From assembly GCA_973895155.1 (NCBI GenBank), contig OZ316897.1, forward strand, positions 5,163,976 through 5,227,975: a DNA stretch of 64,000 nucleotides, written 5' to 3'. Made by a program: the position numbers and the translations under genes. Below the pieces are notes generated by a model. It was not told the origin of the DNA. It saw only the letters and a program-made list of their open reading frames with translations, and ran no database searches. This document shows positions 63,601 to 64,000 of this stretch, piece by piece; positions within the stretch are counted from its first letter, which is position 1, and each line of letters starts with the position of its first letter. The stretch comes from Marsupella aquatica (lineage: Eukaryota; Plantae; Marchantiophyta).

Positions 63601-63954
63601 AAGACAAGAATCTTGAACACCAAAAGCTCCCGAGTACTTCTATCTACCACTACTCTGTCCCGCACCTAAGTCCAAAGGAGTCTGACTCCTTGTTTTCAAA
63701 AAGTCCTAAGGGAACGAATAGCGCCGACACTCTCCCATAAAACCAGTTGTCCAACCATAAAATACATGTCGAGACAAGAAAGGAGTTCCCTCGGGAGCTC
63801 AACACAGTAATGAATGTGCCTCATACGTATTTGATTTGTAAAAGTACTTTTTACTTTAGATCAGCCTAATCTTGGGCGTTGGCAATGCAAGGACTTTTTA
63901 AAGGAGTGGAGACATTTTTGCCTCCTTTGGTAGTCCTTAATCATGCAATCCACC
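60650..63954 (-). mobile_element. Partial DNA transposon (Sola-like N-terminal transposase region, ORF ~62754-61458, frameshifted) with one terminus at ~63954
   Basis: RKVRRDKISDEV.IQVEHFWETHTSISP...H..HWLEDTQ followed by a GTGAGA donor; terminus shared with 52610-52636. Superfamily assignment is tentative. Confidence 0.45.
60668..61243. repeat. 20-bp tandem array (~28 units) with internal dyad symmetry
   Basis: Unit ~AGTCCTTGGAAAAGGAGTAT / AGTCCTTGAGAAAGGACTAT; strict 20-bp period from 60668 to 61187; contains the palindrome AGGACTATAGTCCT. Confidence 0.95.
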
Positions 63955-64000
63955 GGCCCAAATAGCGTAGCTTGTCCTAAAGTTTGTCCCAACACGTCGG

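Overview
Eukaryotic land-plant genomic DNA; a bryophyte such as a liverwort is plausible but is only my inference. The first ~5.6 kb is the 3' part of a multi-exon ATG18 (ATG18f/g/h-type, BCAS3-like) autophagy gene. From ~8 kb onward the window is a nested transposon cluster: Gypsy and Copia LTR retrotransposon fragments, a 5'-truncated LINE, one complete 11.1-kb CACTA element carrying a SET-domain cargo gene, and two fragments of a DNA-transposon family with a 20-bp palindromic tandem array. The main finding is two diverged, partial copies (~8.2-16.7 kb and ~32.0-41.4 kb) of a Mutator-like (MULE) element. Its transposase is transcribed divergently from an intron-containing accessory gene encoding an N-terminal ParB/Srx-like domain (DGNHR) and, in copy 2, a C-terminal beta-class N4/N6 DNA-methyltransferase-like domain with a degenerate catalytic motif. 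The two copies together carry about 30 instances of a 15-bp palindrome, TAGCGCC-N-GGCGCTA, which I found only in their introns and other non-coding DNA and nowhere else in the window. This suggests a ParB/parS-like self-recognition or anti-silencing system in a plant transposon. All family assignments are by-eye motif recognition; no database search was run.
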